The translations under genes and the position numbers were made by a program. DNA of 64,000 nt. Origin: Cetorhinus maximus. Lineage: Eukaryota. Positions 39,093 to 53,904 of this stretch are shown here, piece after piece. How positions within the stretch are numbered: position 1 is the stretch's first letter; the number at the start of each line of letters is the position of its first letter. The notes under the pieces are model-generated. The model was not told the origin of the DNA, searched no databases, and saw only the letters and a list, made by a program, of their open reading frames with translations. The stretch lies in assembly GCF_964194155.1 (NCBI RefSeq), contig NC_135916.1, positions 1,550,001 through 1,614,000 of the forward strand, read 5' to 3'.

Positions 39093-39548
39093 TAAATCCT
39101 TCTTATCTGTAACACTGTAATGTTCGCTGTCGAAAATATTTCACGCGAATTGAAGACTCCCACTTCGATTTAAACTTGATTTACAGCGGCTCCTTCACCC
39201 GATCGCTGACATGACCTCTACTTTTAGACCGAAATCTTGAAAACAACAAAGAAATTGTCTTGAAATCTCACTTTGGGGTTAAGCTGGGGAGCAGGGGGTG
39301 TATTTCTTTGGAAAATATTTTAACCTTACCCAAGCGGGGCTCGGAAATTTCCTGATCAGAGCGGACACACAAACACAGTTTCATTCCTCTGACTCGCCCG
39401 CCCACTTCAAACACTCTCTTACACAAAGTTCACATTTAGAGGTTCATTGGCAACAAGATGAACAATTGTGAATGTCTCGGTAGAGATTTCGTTCTCTTTT
39501 CGATCTTTGCTCCGATTTCTATTTATTTGCTGTCGATTGAGAATTCAG
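39093..39548 (-). repeat. Inverted copy of the H1 upstream region
   Basis: Reverse complement of ~15187-15643 (e.g. GCTGTCGAAAATATTTCACGCGAATTGAAG, ACACAAACACAGTTTCATTCCTCTGACTCGCCCGCCCA). Confidence 0.9.
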
Positions 39549-39575
39549 CTAACTTTAAATACTCTGAGGCATTGG

Positions 39576-39665
39576 AAGAAGGGAAAGATCCCGAGCAAAT
39601 TGTAAACCTCTGAACCCAAAGGCTCTTTTCAGAGCCACCCACATTTCAAATGAAAGAACTGATCC
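39576..39665 (+). pseudogene. H1 remnant: 3' end only, intact stem-loop 39621-39636
   Basis: Near-identical to 16521-16610, and similarity continues through the H1-H4 spacer. No H1 coding sequence upstream. Confidence 0.93.
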
Positions 39666-40445
39666 CCTGATCATTTGATCCCTGTCTCGGAGCTGGGAGC
39701 TGATTTCAGATGGAAATGTTTCTTTATCCTTCCACGTAAATCCTATTTTCCCGCTCACTCACTGACACACTCTCCACCCGTCCCCTCCCGCACTGTGCAA
39801 TAAGACACAGGGATATCCTTACAGCTCCCTAACCGGGATGTGTCCCAGTGCATTCAATGTTTATCTTTTCTTTATTCACATTTGCAGGGTGAGAGTCTGC
39901 AATGGAGTGAGCATCGCTCAAAATTCCGCCTCACAACTAAGGCCCATACCTGTTGTTGCTCTCATTCTGTTGGAAGAGATGTTAGGGAATTTCTCAATCC
40001 CTTTATTTCATTGTGGAGAGGACGGGTCGGGGGCGAGTCTAGAGTTGTGTTGGTATAGAATAGGAGAGGGTTTGAAATAGACGTAAACATTTAACGCTTA
40101 ATAGAATTGCAGTATCGAGGGGGGGATATTACTGAGAGGATTGGATTTAATAAATTCGATTTTCGAGCTAGCTGGTTAATGATGTTGAAGTATTTCAGTT
40201 ACGTTTAAAGCTCTTTGTTCAATTCTCTTCAGAATTTGATAAATAAATGTATTTCGGTCAGGCAGGAGGAAGAGCTGGTTTAACAAAGAGGTTGTTCTGT
40301 CTGTCACTCAGTCTCTCCCGCCCCGCCTTTCACACACACACTCTCTCTCTCTCTCTCACTCTCCCTTCCTCAGTCAGGTCGGGGCGGGCTGTATAAAAGC
40401 GGAACCTGAAGCCGCTCCCCACTCATTCAGCAGCGATTTGACTGA

Positions 40446-40766
<321 letters not shown>

Positions 40767-41559
40767 ACAAATCGACCCGACTCTATAACAAAACCCAAAG
40801 GCTCTTCTAAGAGCCGCCCACAACCTCACATTGAGAGCAGTGACCTTCCAGAGGGAAAGCGAGATGTAGTTTTATATAAACACAGCGTTTCCATCTGCTC
40901 ATTTTCTATTCACAAAACTATCGTGAGTCACACAAGGTTTCATGGTTTAATTTAGTTCTGTTTTCAGAAATTCACTTCCTTTCTAACTCTCGAAGCTCGA
41001 CTCCAAGCTAAGCTGACAGCTCCCAAACTAACTCCGAGTCCACAAGATAAAGGCCATCATTTATTACACTTTGATCAGGAGTAACTATTTTGAGACCCAT
41101 CATTCTCGCTTCATCGCCCCATTATCACCCTGTCTTTTTTCTTCGCCATCTGTTCCTGGGTCGTTGAGACATGACAGGGTCTGGGAGGTACCAGTATACC
41201 AGCTTTAAATGGATCAGCCTGTATCCATGCTGCATGTTGTCTGGTTCCTGGGAGCACTGAACAACTTTATTCAGGCGATCAATGAAATAACCCGAATTTA
41301 AACGGGAATGTAAGGCGAATATTGAGAGGCTGATTGAATAATGTGACTACACTTAATCACCTCGATTTCGCATCCCAGGACGGTCGGAAGGGTGAAGTGG
41401 AAGCTCTGATTTTGCTGCATGGTTTGCAGTGCGAAGATGCATTTACGCACATTGTGGAAGATAGTTCAAATATAAAAACTTAGAGGTAAACATTGTTTAC
41501 ATAAAGGGTGCGCAATCCGCCCACCCACCCACATCGCCTCCCCCACCCATAAAACACTA

Positions 41560-41986
41560 GATACAAGAGCCAAGCCATTCTCTCTATAACATTAATAGAG
41601 CTTTAAACCGATACGGCTGATCAGGTTTATATGTGAGACACAAAATTTCGCCCATCATTAGGTGCATCATACCAGCCTGCTGTAAACCGATCAGGGAATG
41701 AATGATATTTGAATTCGTGTTCGAAAGCAGGAATTCGGACCGAAATCGACTCGCAAACATTGAGACCTTGTGATATTTGTCCATTCAGATTGATTTTATC
41801 TGCCTTCAAACTAGGTTTATTTTAATTTCAGTTACTTGTCCCTCTGAAATTGGCGGGCATTTTGAAATTGATGAACTTTCAGTTTCTGCTCCACCAATCA
41901 GGGCCCAGAAATCCAGTCAGCCCGCTGCTCTTTTCAAATTTCTCGGCGGGATTGCGCTGCATCCAATCAGGACAGGAGTGGGAGTG
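41560..41986 (+). pseudogene. Type-1 H3 promoter truncated just before the TATA element
   Basis: Matches 18540-18982 through ATCCAATCAGGACAGGAG.GGGAGTG, then switches to another copy of the upstream module. Confidence 0.85.
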
Positions 41987-42360
41987 CCAAAATTTCCCCC
42001 TTCAATAGTTTTATTCCGCCCTGTTGTAAAACGATCAGGGAATGAATGAGAATTTAATCCACGTTTTAATCCAAAACAGGATCTCGGAGCCTGCTTAATT
42101 GAAACCGTTATTGTTCATGAGGTTTATATGTGTCCGAAAAATGTTCGCCCATCAATAGGAGGCTTATTCCAGCCCGTTATAAACCGAGCAGGGAATGAAT
42201 GAGAATTTAATCCGAGTTCCAAAGACAGGAAGTTGTATCCGGGTGAAAAATGGGGCGCACAGACATCGAGTTTTTATGATATTTTTATATTTTGAGATTG
42301 AATTTATCTGCCTTCAAACTCGGCTTAATTAATTTCATTTTTACTTGTTCCTATGAAATT

Positions 42361-42512
42361 GGCGGGCTTTTTGAAATTGATTAACTGTCAGTTGCTTCTC
42401 CACCAATCAGGCAACAGAGATTCTTGGCGCCCATCGCTCTATTCGAACGTTGCCAGGGGGATGTGGCGGTAGCCAATCAGGGCAAGTGGGCGTCCGGCAT
42501 AAGGTCTTAAAT
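42361..42512 (+). promoter_or_regulatory. H3 promoter (type 2, diverged)
   Basis: GGCGG-N4-TTTGAA 42361-42375, CCAATCAGG at ~42403 and ~42473, CTTAAATA at ~42506. Confidence 0.8.
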
Positions 42513-42514
42513 AG

Positions 42515-42982
<468 letters not shown>

Positions 42983-43381
42983 ACTCACCCTACCCGACTC
43001 TAGACTTACCCCGAGAACCACAAAGGCTCTTTTAAGAGCCACCAAGTCGGTCAGAGAAAGAGCTGCGATCTCTTAACCACCAGCACTTTAGCCTCTTTGG
43101 CCTACAATTTATTTTCCTCACTTTGTCACCGGGTAACTGTCCTTTGCTTCCTTTACTCGGTGTTTGGGATGAATTGAGATCATTTAAAAGGCAAATATTT
43201 TAATAATAAGGGAAGTTTTTCGCGAATTCTTGAGACTGGATTTAAATAGTTGCAGCACATACTACTGATGTCTGTAACATGTAACAGTGCTAGCAGGATG
43301 CGTCTCACTCTAACCCACCCTTTCACAGATATCATCAGGAATGTTGTCATTACGAAGCGATAGGGATGTTCACACATGCAC

Positions 43382-43458
43382 TAAAACCCGGATTCAGCTC
43401 CAAATGCACCAAAGAGCCACTAAGTCGGTCAGAGAAAGAGCTGCGATCTCTTGTTAAA
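43382..43458 (+). pseudogene. Orphan type-1 H3 3' end lacking the 5' arm of the stem-loop
   Basis: CTAAAACCCG..CAGC..TGCA.CAAA[gap]GAGCCAC.AAGTCGGTCAGAGAAAGAGCTGCGATCT aligns to 19466-19556. Confidence 0.8.
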
Positions 43459-43867
43459 CAATCTAGCTCCTAAAACCCTCGGGCCTACAATTTATTTAAG
43501 TCCTTTAGTTAATCCGGTCTCTCCCTCTGCTGCATTTGGGGATATGGGGTGATTCCATTTATAGTTGTTTAGCAATTCACGTCATTGAATTAGAGATGGG
43601 ATGAGTTAATTATTCAATGAACGTTTCCCTGAACATTGTCAATTGGTCATATATAGATGCAGCACAGACTCCTGATTTCTGGAAAAAGGCAACAGCACCA
43701 GCGTCTCGTTGTAACCAGCACTTTCACAGATCGCATTAGAAATATGTCATTCCGAATCGATAGGGATGTTATCGCGCATACGGATAGACAACAGGTCGCC
43801 CCTTTCACTGATCAAGTGAGTGGCTCTGAAAAGAGCCTTTGGGTTCTCAGTTTAAAGAATGGTCGCT

Positions 43868-44311
<444 letters not shown>

Positions 44312-44982
44312 TCAGTTCTCTTATACCCTCAGGAGGAATGGTGGTGCGCTCAGAGCTGATTGGGCAATTATATTATAGCTCATAATATTCTTCATATTAC
44401 CAATCAGATTTCTGCCTGATTCACCGATGAGGGCAAGCAACGTATGAAGTCGGAAGTTAAGGGCGCCAAATCATCAGTTAAACAAACGATTATATATTTC
44501 AAATTTGAAATGACCGCCAAAAAATTAATCCAAGGAAATATCGCACAGAAATCGTCTTAGCTAAACAAAGGAAAATTCCTTTACAAATCGTCCTAATGCT
44601 TAGCATTAAAGCAGTTCTGTTACAGAATGTTAGAAGCTTTCTTGCTCTCTTTTCCTCGATAACAGTTTACCCGAAACTGTAGGTTTCTGGTTTTGCCTGT
44701 GGACAAGAGGACAATAAAGGCGCCAATATTCCAGAATCAAAACTTTTGTTTTATACAATTTCGTGAGTGTGAAGAGCGGATTGCACATTTTTTGGTGCAA
44801 ATTTGCCGGTATTGAAACTGAGGCTTCCTACACCGCCAGGACTTATACGGAATGAATTGATCAAATCAACTCTTATAATGCTGGGGAGGGATAGCATCAT
44901 TGAGGGGTCAAAGATAGACTCTGTTTGATTACATTTATGCAACAAGGCAGGGTCTATTCTGAAGCAGCAAGCATACGTTGTA

Positions 44983-45655
44983 TTCACAGTTTTGGTCCCG
45001 TCGCTTGAGGAAGGATGTAACTCTTTCGAGTACAATCACAGTTCTTGGTTTCCGGGAGTGGGACATGAACCCACAACCCTCTGATTCAAAGGCGAGGGTG
45101 CTATTAACTGAGCCACAGCTGACACCTTGAGGAAGGCTGTAGTTGCACTGGAGGCGGTTCGGAGGAGGTTCACTAGATTGATTCCAGAGATGCGAGGCTA
45201 GTCTAATGATGAGAGATTGAGCAGTTTAGGCCTATAGTCGCCCGAGTTTGGAAGGATGATAGGAGATCTAATTGAGGTATATAAGATGCTAAATGGGATA
45301 GACAAAGTCGACATGGAGCGAATGTTTTCCCTCGTGGGGCATTCTAGAACGAAAGGCCATAGTTTTTGGCTAAGGGGTGGTAGATTACAATCAGAGATTA
45401 GGAGGAATTCCTGTTTTCAAAGGGCCATGAACCTGTGGAATTCACTACCTCAGAGTGCAATGGATGCCGGGGCGCTGAATAAATTTAAGGGTGAGGTGGA
45501 CAGATTTTTTAATTAGTAACGGGTTGAAAGGTTATGGGGAGAGGGCTGGAAATTGTCGTTGAGGCCAAAATGAGATCAGCCATGATCGTAATGAATGGCA
45601 GAGCAGGATCGAGGGGTTTAATTGCCTACTCCTGTTCCTTGTTCTTATGTTTTTT
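44983..45655 (+). mobile_element. CR1-type LINE 3' fragment interrupted by a short SINE
   Basis: MIGDLIEVYKMLNGIDKVD...QRAMNLWNSLPQSA, tail CCTACTCCTGTTCCTTGTTCTTATG. Confidence 0.9.
45020..45126 (-). mobile_element. Short tRNA-derived SINE head flanked by a target-site duplication
   Basis: Minus strand GGTGTCAGCTGTGGCTCAGTTAATAGCAC (A box)...GGGTTCATGTCCCAC (B box). CTTGAGGAAGG(A/C)TGTA at 45004-45019 and 45126-45141. Confidence 0.85.
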
Positions 45656-46069
45656 ATGTATTCCAGACAAAAAATAACAATTCTCTGCAGGCTATGTGAT
45701 TCTGGGGTTAAGCCTACCCATCATTATCTGGTATTTAAATGTAGCTTTCATTCACTGACACTCTTTGGTCAATAATATTGTGTTTTTCTCACTAAATTGA
45801 AAACACCGAAATATGTTTCTGTTTTTGTTTTTATCTCTGCAACATTCAGTTTTAAGTCAGTGTGGATTTTACCTGGTGCATGAAAATCCCTGGACATTAT
45901 TTTATATTTCAGTCGACATATGTTGCTGCTAATATCAGAGTATGTTTCTATTGTCATTTTATTCCCCACGTTATCTGTTAAATCATTCTATGGGTGCATG
46001 GAATACTTGTTTCTTCATGATATATAAATGTGAACTTTAATCTGTAATGGCTATTATTCCAAACAAAAT

Positions 46070-47008
46070 TAGGGAAAAACAATGAATGACAGACCGATTG
46101 TCTATTATGTCATAACAGGACACTTAGACAATATCAACGAAATTGGACAAAGACTGCATGCAGTTGTGAAAGGAAATCATCTTGGACAAACCTATTGGAA
46201 CTTTTTTGGAGAGGTAACTAGCAAAATAGACAAGGGAGAATCAAATGATATGGTGTATTTGGATTTTCAGAAAGCTGTTGATAAAGGCCCACAAAAGAGG
46301 TTTGTGTACTACATTGAAGTGCATTGGATGGGGGTAATATATGGGCATGGATTGAGAAAAGATTAGCAAACAGGAAACAGAGAGCAGGAATAAATCAGTC
46401 TTTTTGAGAATGGCAGGAGGTGACAAGTGATGTAGAAAAGATATCAGTGCCTGGGCCCCAGTATTCAAAATATTCCACAATTATTTTGATGAAGGAACCA
46501 AAGGTAATATTTCGAAGATTGCTGATGACACAAAGCTAGGAGGGAATGTGAGAGATGAGGAGGAAATTAAGAGTGTTCATGGAGATTGAGAGAAGATGAG
46601 AGAGTGGACAGAAACAGGGCAGACGCTGTATAACGTGGATAGATGTGAATTTACCCACGTTGGCAGGTAAAAAACAATGGCAGAGTTTATTTAAGTAGTG
46701 ATAGGTTGGGTAATTTTGATATATGAGGGTACCTCCGTGCAGCAAATGATGACCAGGCTGATTCTTGGGCTGGCAGGGTTGTTGCATGAGGAGAGATTGA
46801 AAAGTTTTGGTCTGTATTCACTCAAATTTTGTAGAATGAAAGGGAGATGTAGTTGAAATACTGACAGGGCTGTACAGACCTGGTGCAGGGATGATGTTTC
46901 CTCTGAGTGGGAAGTCTAGAACAAGTGTTCATAATCTCTGGATAGGGGGTAGGCCATTTAGGACTGTGATGAGCAGAAACATCTTCACTCGGAGGGTGGT
47001 GAACATGT
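46070..47008 (+). mobile_element. Old CR1-type LINE fragment
   Basis: EVTSKIDKGESNDMVYLDFQKAVDK. Paralog of 32635-33617. Confidence 0.85.
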
Positions 47009-47805
47009 GATCAAGCTGCATTCATTTTGTTACCTCGAGTATCTTGTATTATATGTGAATGAATATATTTTCCCCTCTGTGTATCAATGAGTATCTGTGA
47101 TATTTGCATGAGTTGGATTAACTCTATATCTAATATATTACGCTATCCACAAAAGTGGGATTTCATTTGAATGTCTCAACATCTGGAATTAGATGTGAAG
47201 TTCAAGTTGTTATTCATATAGTCAATCAGTTTCTGTGATTCTGAATGTGACTGTGACTCAGTACTTGTCAGGTTCTGGTAAGTGATTGCTAGTGTTAGCC
47301 TGCCGACTTGATTAATGCATTGAAGAAATAGTTTTCACAAACATGCAAGGGATAAAAGTTAGGTAAAGACAAAACCTACACATGTACAATAATGGATTCA
47401 TATACACAGAGCACAAATTTGAGATACACAATCAGTACAATAATTGAGATTTATGGAATTAATTCCAACACAGCTGACGGTCAGGAGGTAGACAATTAAA
47501 TTTGATGTAAATAAATTCCAAAACTACATTCTGTATCAGAGAAAGACAAATGGGAAATTAGCCCTGCACACTCCCACACAAACACTCAAACACCCGGATA
47601 ATCATGCACTAACACACACAGACACACACGCAAAGCATGTGTGGCTGTTTTCTCAGAGACATTGCCCTGACTGTCACTCAGGCTGTTTCGCCCCGCCTCT
47701 CACTCTCTCTCTATCTCTCTCTCCCTTTCTCAGTCAGGTCGGGGCGGGCTGTATAAAAGCGGAACCTGAAACAGCTCCCAACTCATTCAGCAGCGATTTG
47801 ACTGA

Positions 47806-48126
<321 letters not shown>

Positions 48127-49850
48127 ACAAATCGACCCGACTCTATAACAAAACCCAAAGGCTCTTCTAAGAGCCGCCCACAACCTCACATTGAGAGCAT
48201 TGACCTCAGAGCGGGAGAGGGAAAGCGAGATGTAGTTTTATATAAACACAGCGTTTCCATCTGCTCATTCTCCATTCACAAAACTATCGTGAGTCACACA
48301 AGGTTTCATGGTTTAATTTTGTTCGGTTTTCGGGAATTCACTTCCTTTCTACCTCTCGAAGCTCAACTCCAAGCTTAGCTGACAGCTCCCAAACTAACAC
48401 CCAGTCCACAAGATAAAGGCCATCATTTATTATACTTTGAACAGGAGGAGCTATTTTGAGACACAACATTCTCGCTTCTTCGCACTATTTTCACCCTGTC
48501 TTTTTTTCATTACAAACTGAATCAAACAGATATGACATAAATAACATGAGTTCCTGAGTCTCATTCACAAAGACTTTGGCGGAGTTGCAGTCTGAAGGCT
48601 ACACCTTAGTTCACACAAAACCAATGAATGAAACCTGTCTTTGATAAATGCAAAGTTTCATGTTTAAATGTGCATCAGAGCCGGGAAACAGTAATGGTTT
48701 AATTTCTTGCAGAAAATCGCCGTTAAAGTGAACACAGTTCCGAACGATTAAAAGATAGGCCTCCCTTATTGTACTATATCATATTTAATTGCAAGTCCCA
48801 CACTCGCTTTTAAAGTCAGGAATCCATTCGTGTTTAAACTCAGACCTTTTTGCAGTCCTAACAGCCGGCGGAAATTCACGTTTACCGAGTGCTGCGGTTA
48901 AGCAATATCGGCCTGGATGTACAAGTGTGATATTATTTTAAAATAATAAAATTATATTATAATATTGTATCCAGATTGCAGGTTATTAATTCACTCCAGT
49001 TTGAAGTGGTTCCGAATGAGTATTTATCTTGTTGCACGACTCGTGTTCGGTCTGCAGATGGAGCCAGGTCACAATAACTTGCACCTTATCGATTATGAAC
49101 TCATCGCCCTCCATACTGATCGGAACAAGCTGTTATATTCTGCACTTGCTGTTTTCTGCAATGGAATAGTGACTTTAGCTCTGAACCTCTCCGTCACTGC
49201 AATTCATTTATGCATTTTATTCTATAGCTGTCAGGGCCTGGAAGTGACTGTGAGGTGGACTTTGCTTCTGCTGCCATCAGTTTTTGACAAGCTGCAAAAA
49301 TGTCAGCTTCATTCCATGTGTATCAGTCTCTGGTGCTACACACGAAAGGTGTTACCCTTCAGCATCTGTCAGTTTGTGGTACTGTGTATGACTGCAGGAT
49401 TAATACTCTAAATGTCATTTTTGTCAACCTTTCGTTGAAGAATTCATTTCGATTCACAATTTTCCTTTTAGGATTGTGAAATTGTGTATTTCATTATGTC
49501 CTGTCGCTATCCGTGTACTGGGATCGAGTTAATTTTGCACTAAGCAGTACTCTTGTATTATAGGTGGATTTAATTGTAGCTCTGTGTATCGCCAAGTATC
49601 TCTTATGGATTAAGAGATTAATTCTATGCCCTGGTGCAATCAGTGAGAGTGAATTCCATCTGAATCTGTCAATATCTGGAAATAAATGTGTGGTTCAAAG
49701 AGATACTGATTGATTCAACAACTTTGAGTGAGAGTTGTTTTGTGTTCGTCAATCTGTGGCATGTTATGTGACTGTGGGTTTCCTCTGTGTCTTTTTGACT
49801 GTTTTTCCTTTTTTTGTCGTGTGTCTGTGTGCTTGTTTGTGTTTGTGCGT

Positions 49851-49882
<32 letters not shown>

Positions 49883-52800
49883 TTGTGTGTGCGCGTGTTT
49901 GTGTGTGTGTGCCTCGACCTCTGCATTTAATTTTCTGCTACTCTGTTTGTGATTGGATTAATGCTTTGTTGGTCCTGGGTGTGCCTGTGTTTAAGTTTTT
50001 GTTTGCGTGTGTTTGTGTATGTATGCACAAAATCTTGTGCGCATGAGTGTTTATGTATGTGTGTGAGTTTGCTTTGCATGTGTGTCTGTGTGTGTTAGTG
50101 CATGAGTCTGCGAATGTGTGAGTGTTTTTGTGGGAGTGTGCAGGGCTCATTTCCCATTTGTCTTCGTCCGGTACAGGATGTAGTTTTGGAATTAATTTAC
50201 ATGAAATTTCAGTGTCAACCCTGTGACCGTCAGCTGTGGTGGAATTAATTCCCTCTATCTCAGTTATTGTACTGATTGTGTATCTCAAATTTGTGCTCTG
50301 TGTAGATGACTCCATTATTGTATATCTGTAGGTTTCTTCTGTACTTAATATGTATCCCATGCATGTGTGTGAAAACTATTTCTTCAATGCGTTAATCTAT
50401 TACTGTTTCCCGGCTCTGTTGCAGATTTAGACATGAAACTTTGCATTTATCAAAGACAGGTTTTATTCATTTGTTTTGTTTGAACTAAGGTATAGCATTC
50501 AGGCTGCAACTTGGCAAAAGTCTTTGTGAATGATAATGAGACGCTTGAACTCACATGCTGTGTACCTCATATCTGATTGGTTCAGTTTGTAACGAACTTA
50601 CGTTATGAATCATAGTGAACATATTGACCTGCAACGTGTTGTTTATCCTTGCTGTATTAATTAAAATTACTCTTTCTTCTTATTTCAGATATAGCATGAG
50701 ATCGTTAGAGGGGAATTTAACGTCTTCCACTGTGGGAACCCAGGGTACATTCTTAGTTTTAATTTTGTACATTTCATTTAGTTGCTCTACCTGTAGCTAA
50801 AACTGCACTCTCCTGAAATAAATGAGCTGCCTTTTAACCTGATAATGTTTGTGATTTTGGACTGGGATTGATGGACCTACCATTCTGCCGTGCTCAGTGG
50901 ATGTGAATTGGGGAGAAATATTCTGTCTCCCCTGTTGTATTTGACTGTTGCATTGAACACGTCTATCTGAAACTTGAGATCAATGTGAATCTGATTCCTG
51001 CTCTCAGTGATGGTGGAACTGCTGTTCTGTCTGTGCTCTTTGAACAATAATGTGCCTATGGCCATTCGAAGCAGAGGGCTGCATGATTATTTTAGCTGGG
51101 GAATCAGTAACTTGGCGCTGGTGCACAAGGGGAGATGGTGGCCCAATGTTATATCATTATCAGATTGCAGGCGAGTGTGTGTCTGTGTGTATATATTTAC
51201 CTGCCGGTCTTTACTATGGGAGAAATTTATTTATTCTGCACTGGTTATATTACGCTATGTGAATGTGGGAACACACTGGATCTTTCACTTTTTAACTATG
51301 GGATTTATTCATTTCCTGCCTGTGAATTGGGGTTTTAAAATGCACCTAGTTATTCGCTGCTGTGTGAATGTGTGTTTTAATTTATAAATGTTTGTAATTG
51401 ATTCTGGGCTTTACTCTGTATCTTTTACTGTCTGTAATGCACATGTGGCTATTTCTCAGCACCTGCCTGTGACTGAATTGTGAGTATGTTTCTTACTTTC
51501 ACTGTTTCTGACATGTAATGCATATTTTACTCATTGCCTTTCCGTCACTGGTATGTGGATTTGCAGATTTTATTCTGTATCTGTAATTCTGTGATATGTC
51601 AGTGTGATTTATTATCCTGTTGTTTGTGTCAGGGTCAGAAATGTGAGCATGGAGAAGTTATGCAGAAACTCTTAGGTTATATTAAATGAATGAGAATTTA
51701 ATCATTTGCTGTCAATCCCTGGTATGAGAAGTTGCGGTTCCCTCTATGCCCATCATATTCTTGTGTGTGAGTATTGACTTTTCTCTAGGTCTGTATGCAC
51801 CTTGTAGGTCATTGTTGATTTTGCTGTGAACATGTCAGTCTGTATTACATGAGTGTAATGTTCACATTGCAGCTTTCAATATAGTTTGTGGGCATGGACC
51901 TCCCCCCACCCTAACAGCCCCCACACCACCCCCGACTGTATCTCTTAGTCTTTGGTACGGGCTGTTATGTTTTAATTAGCAACTTACACATTTTGATGCA
52001 TTTTCACGTGTAATTTTACTGTAGTTATCAACATCTGATCTCTCTGTTCCCAATCTCTTCTTATTTTCAAAAGTCGGTTATGGAAAAATTGATTTTATTC
52101 TGCACCTCTCCATCTCTGGTATGTGTCTGTGGTTTTATAATGTGGGTGTCTGCCCCTGTTACGAGGATCCAGCTTTCTTCTGTATCTGTCAGTCCCCCCT
52201 ATGAGAGTGGTGTTATGTTATTGACTGTACTTGTCAATATCGGCTTTATGAGTGCGGCAGCGCCCCGAAGCCGAATTTCACATTGGGAACACATCAATGA
52301 TCCTCCGGATTTATCTCTTTTAATCGTTAGCAGCGGCCTCCTTCTGTGCAGGGATTAGTTCCCTGATTTGCATGGACAGGATGGTCAATAAACATCCAGT
52401 GCAACAGGCAGTTATCAAACTATGGTCAACTGCTTGTAAGGCAGGTATGTTAATCCCTGTCAGACCATCAGACTCTATCCTACGCTACACCATCTGCATG
52501 TAGGAACACATCACACTGCAAAGTTTTGAATTTGATATTGTCATTTCCCCGTTACATCATCCAATTTCAAGTGCTTCTGCTGCGTACGTATGTTGTTGCA
52601 GGGCTCATCTTCTGTCAGGAGGTGGCAGCAGTGCACTATAACTTGGATCTGGCCCTTTCTGATCAAACATCTAGAAAACAATAGCCCTGATGCTGCTCCT
52701 GAACCTGGCCAAGCTCACCTGGTTAAAAAGACTACGACAGCGGCCAAATACTTCCGCTCCATACAGATCGACACAAGGTGTTTTGTTCTGCACTTGATGG

Positions 52801-53904
52801 TTTTTGCAATGCAATATTCACCCTAACTACATCTCGGTCACTGGGATTCACTGATGTGTTTTATGCCATACCTGTTGTTTTCAAGCAAGGGACAGAGATA
52901 TTGCTCTGTAATTGACGGTCTTTGAGTCTCATTTCACTGCAGGTGTTGACTGTTGCTGTGTGAGTGCACTTTTTGTTCAATACTTGTCAGGTTTTTTCAC
53001 ATTAGAGACAGTGTCTTTTTCGTTACCTACCAGTTTTTTGATATTGAGTGTTAGTTCTATACAGCTGTGTGCTTATTCAGGTACGTGAATTAGATTCCCC
53101 ACCAACAGCTCCCCACCCACCCCCAAACCCCGCCCCACCTGTATCTATAGGTCTCCGGCGTGTGTAAAAATGACTTTGCCACGATCTCTGTCAGTTCCTG
53201 GTAAATGTGTGCCCGTGTTAGACTGCCCCTGTGAATTTCTGGTGTGTGAGCATTGATTTTATTACGTAGCAGTTCGTTGCTTGGAAGTGATTGGCGCTTT
53301 TCTTTTCTCTCCCCCTCTATTCGTCAGTGTGTAGCATGAGAATGTGAGTTTTTATTCTGCATCTGTCAATAACTGACATGTGAGTGTGGGTCTCTCTTGA
53401 CATTTGTCAATGTTTGGAATGTGTGTGGTGTGTGAATGTGAATATTACATTGGGTTTTTCAGTGTCAAATCGGTCATCGTGTGTTTGAGTCTAACTCTCA
53501 GTTTCTGACATTTAAATGTGAACATACCTTAAAATTATCAGTTCTTTAGTATGTCAACTACATTCTGTACCTAATAATATATTTTAAGCCAATCTAAGAT
53601 TTACTCATTCTCTCAGTAATGTTATGTGGTTATGTAATCTCTGTTATGACTGAATGGACTTTTCTCTCTATCTGTCAATTTTCAATGTATGAAAGTGCCA
53701 GTTGATCAGTCCACATCAGTTTCGGTCATCGATGTATTGCTTCATTCTGTACCTATCCAATTTTGCATGAAAGTTTTTTTATTAACCACTTCTCACATGA
53801 TTGTCTTCGATTTAACCTGTATCTGTGAGTCTCTGGTATGTAATTGTGGGTTTAATTTGTACCTGATGCTTTCAAGTTTGTGTGTGCGGTATTCATTCCA
53901 ACAG

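Noticed and set aside
45040-45126. Possible tRNA gene
   Set aside because: No proper acceptor stem, and it sits inside a CR1 with a target-site duplication, so it is a SINE head
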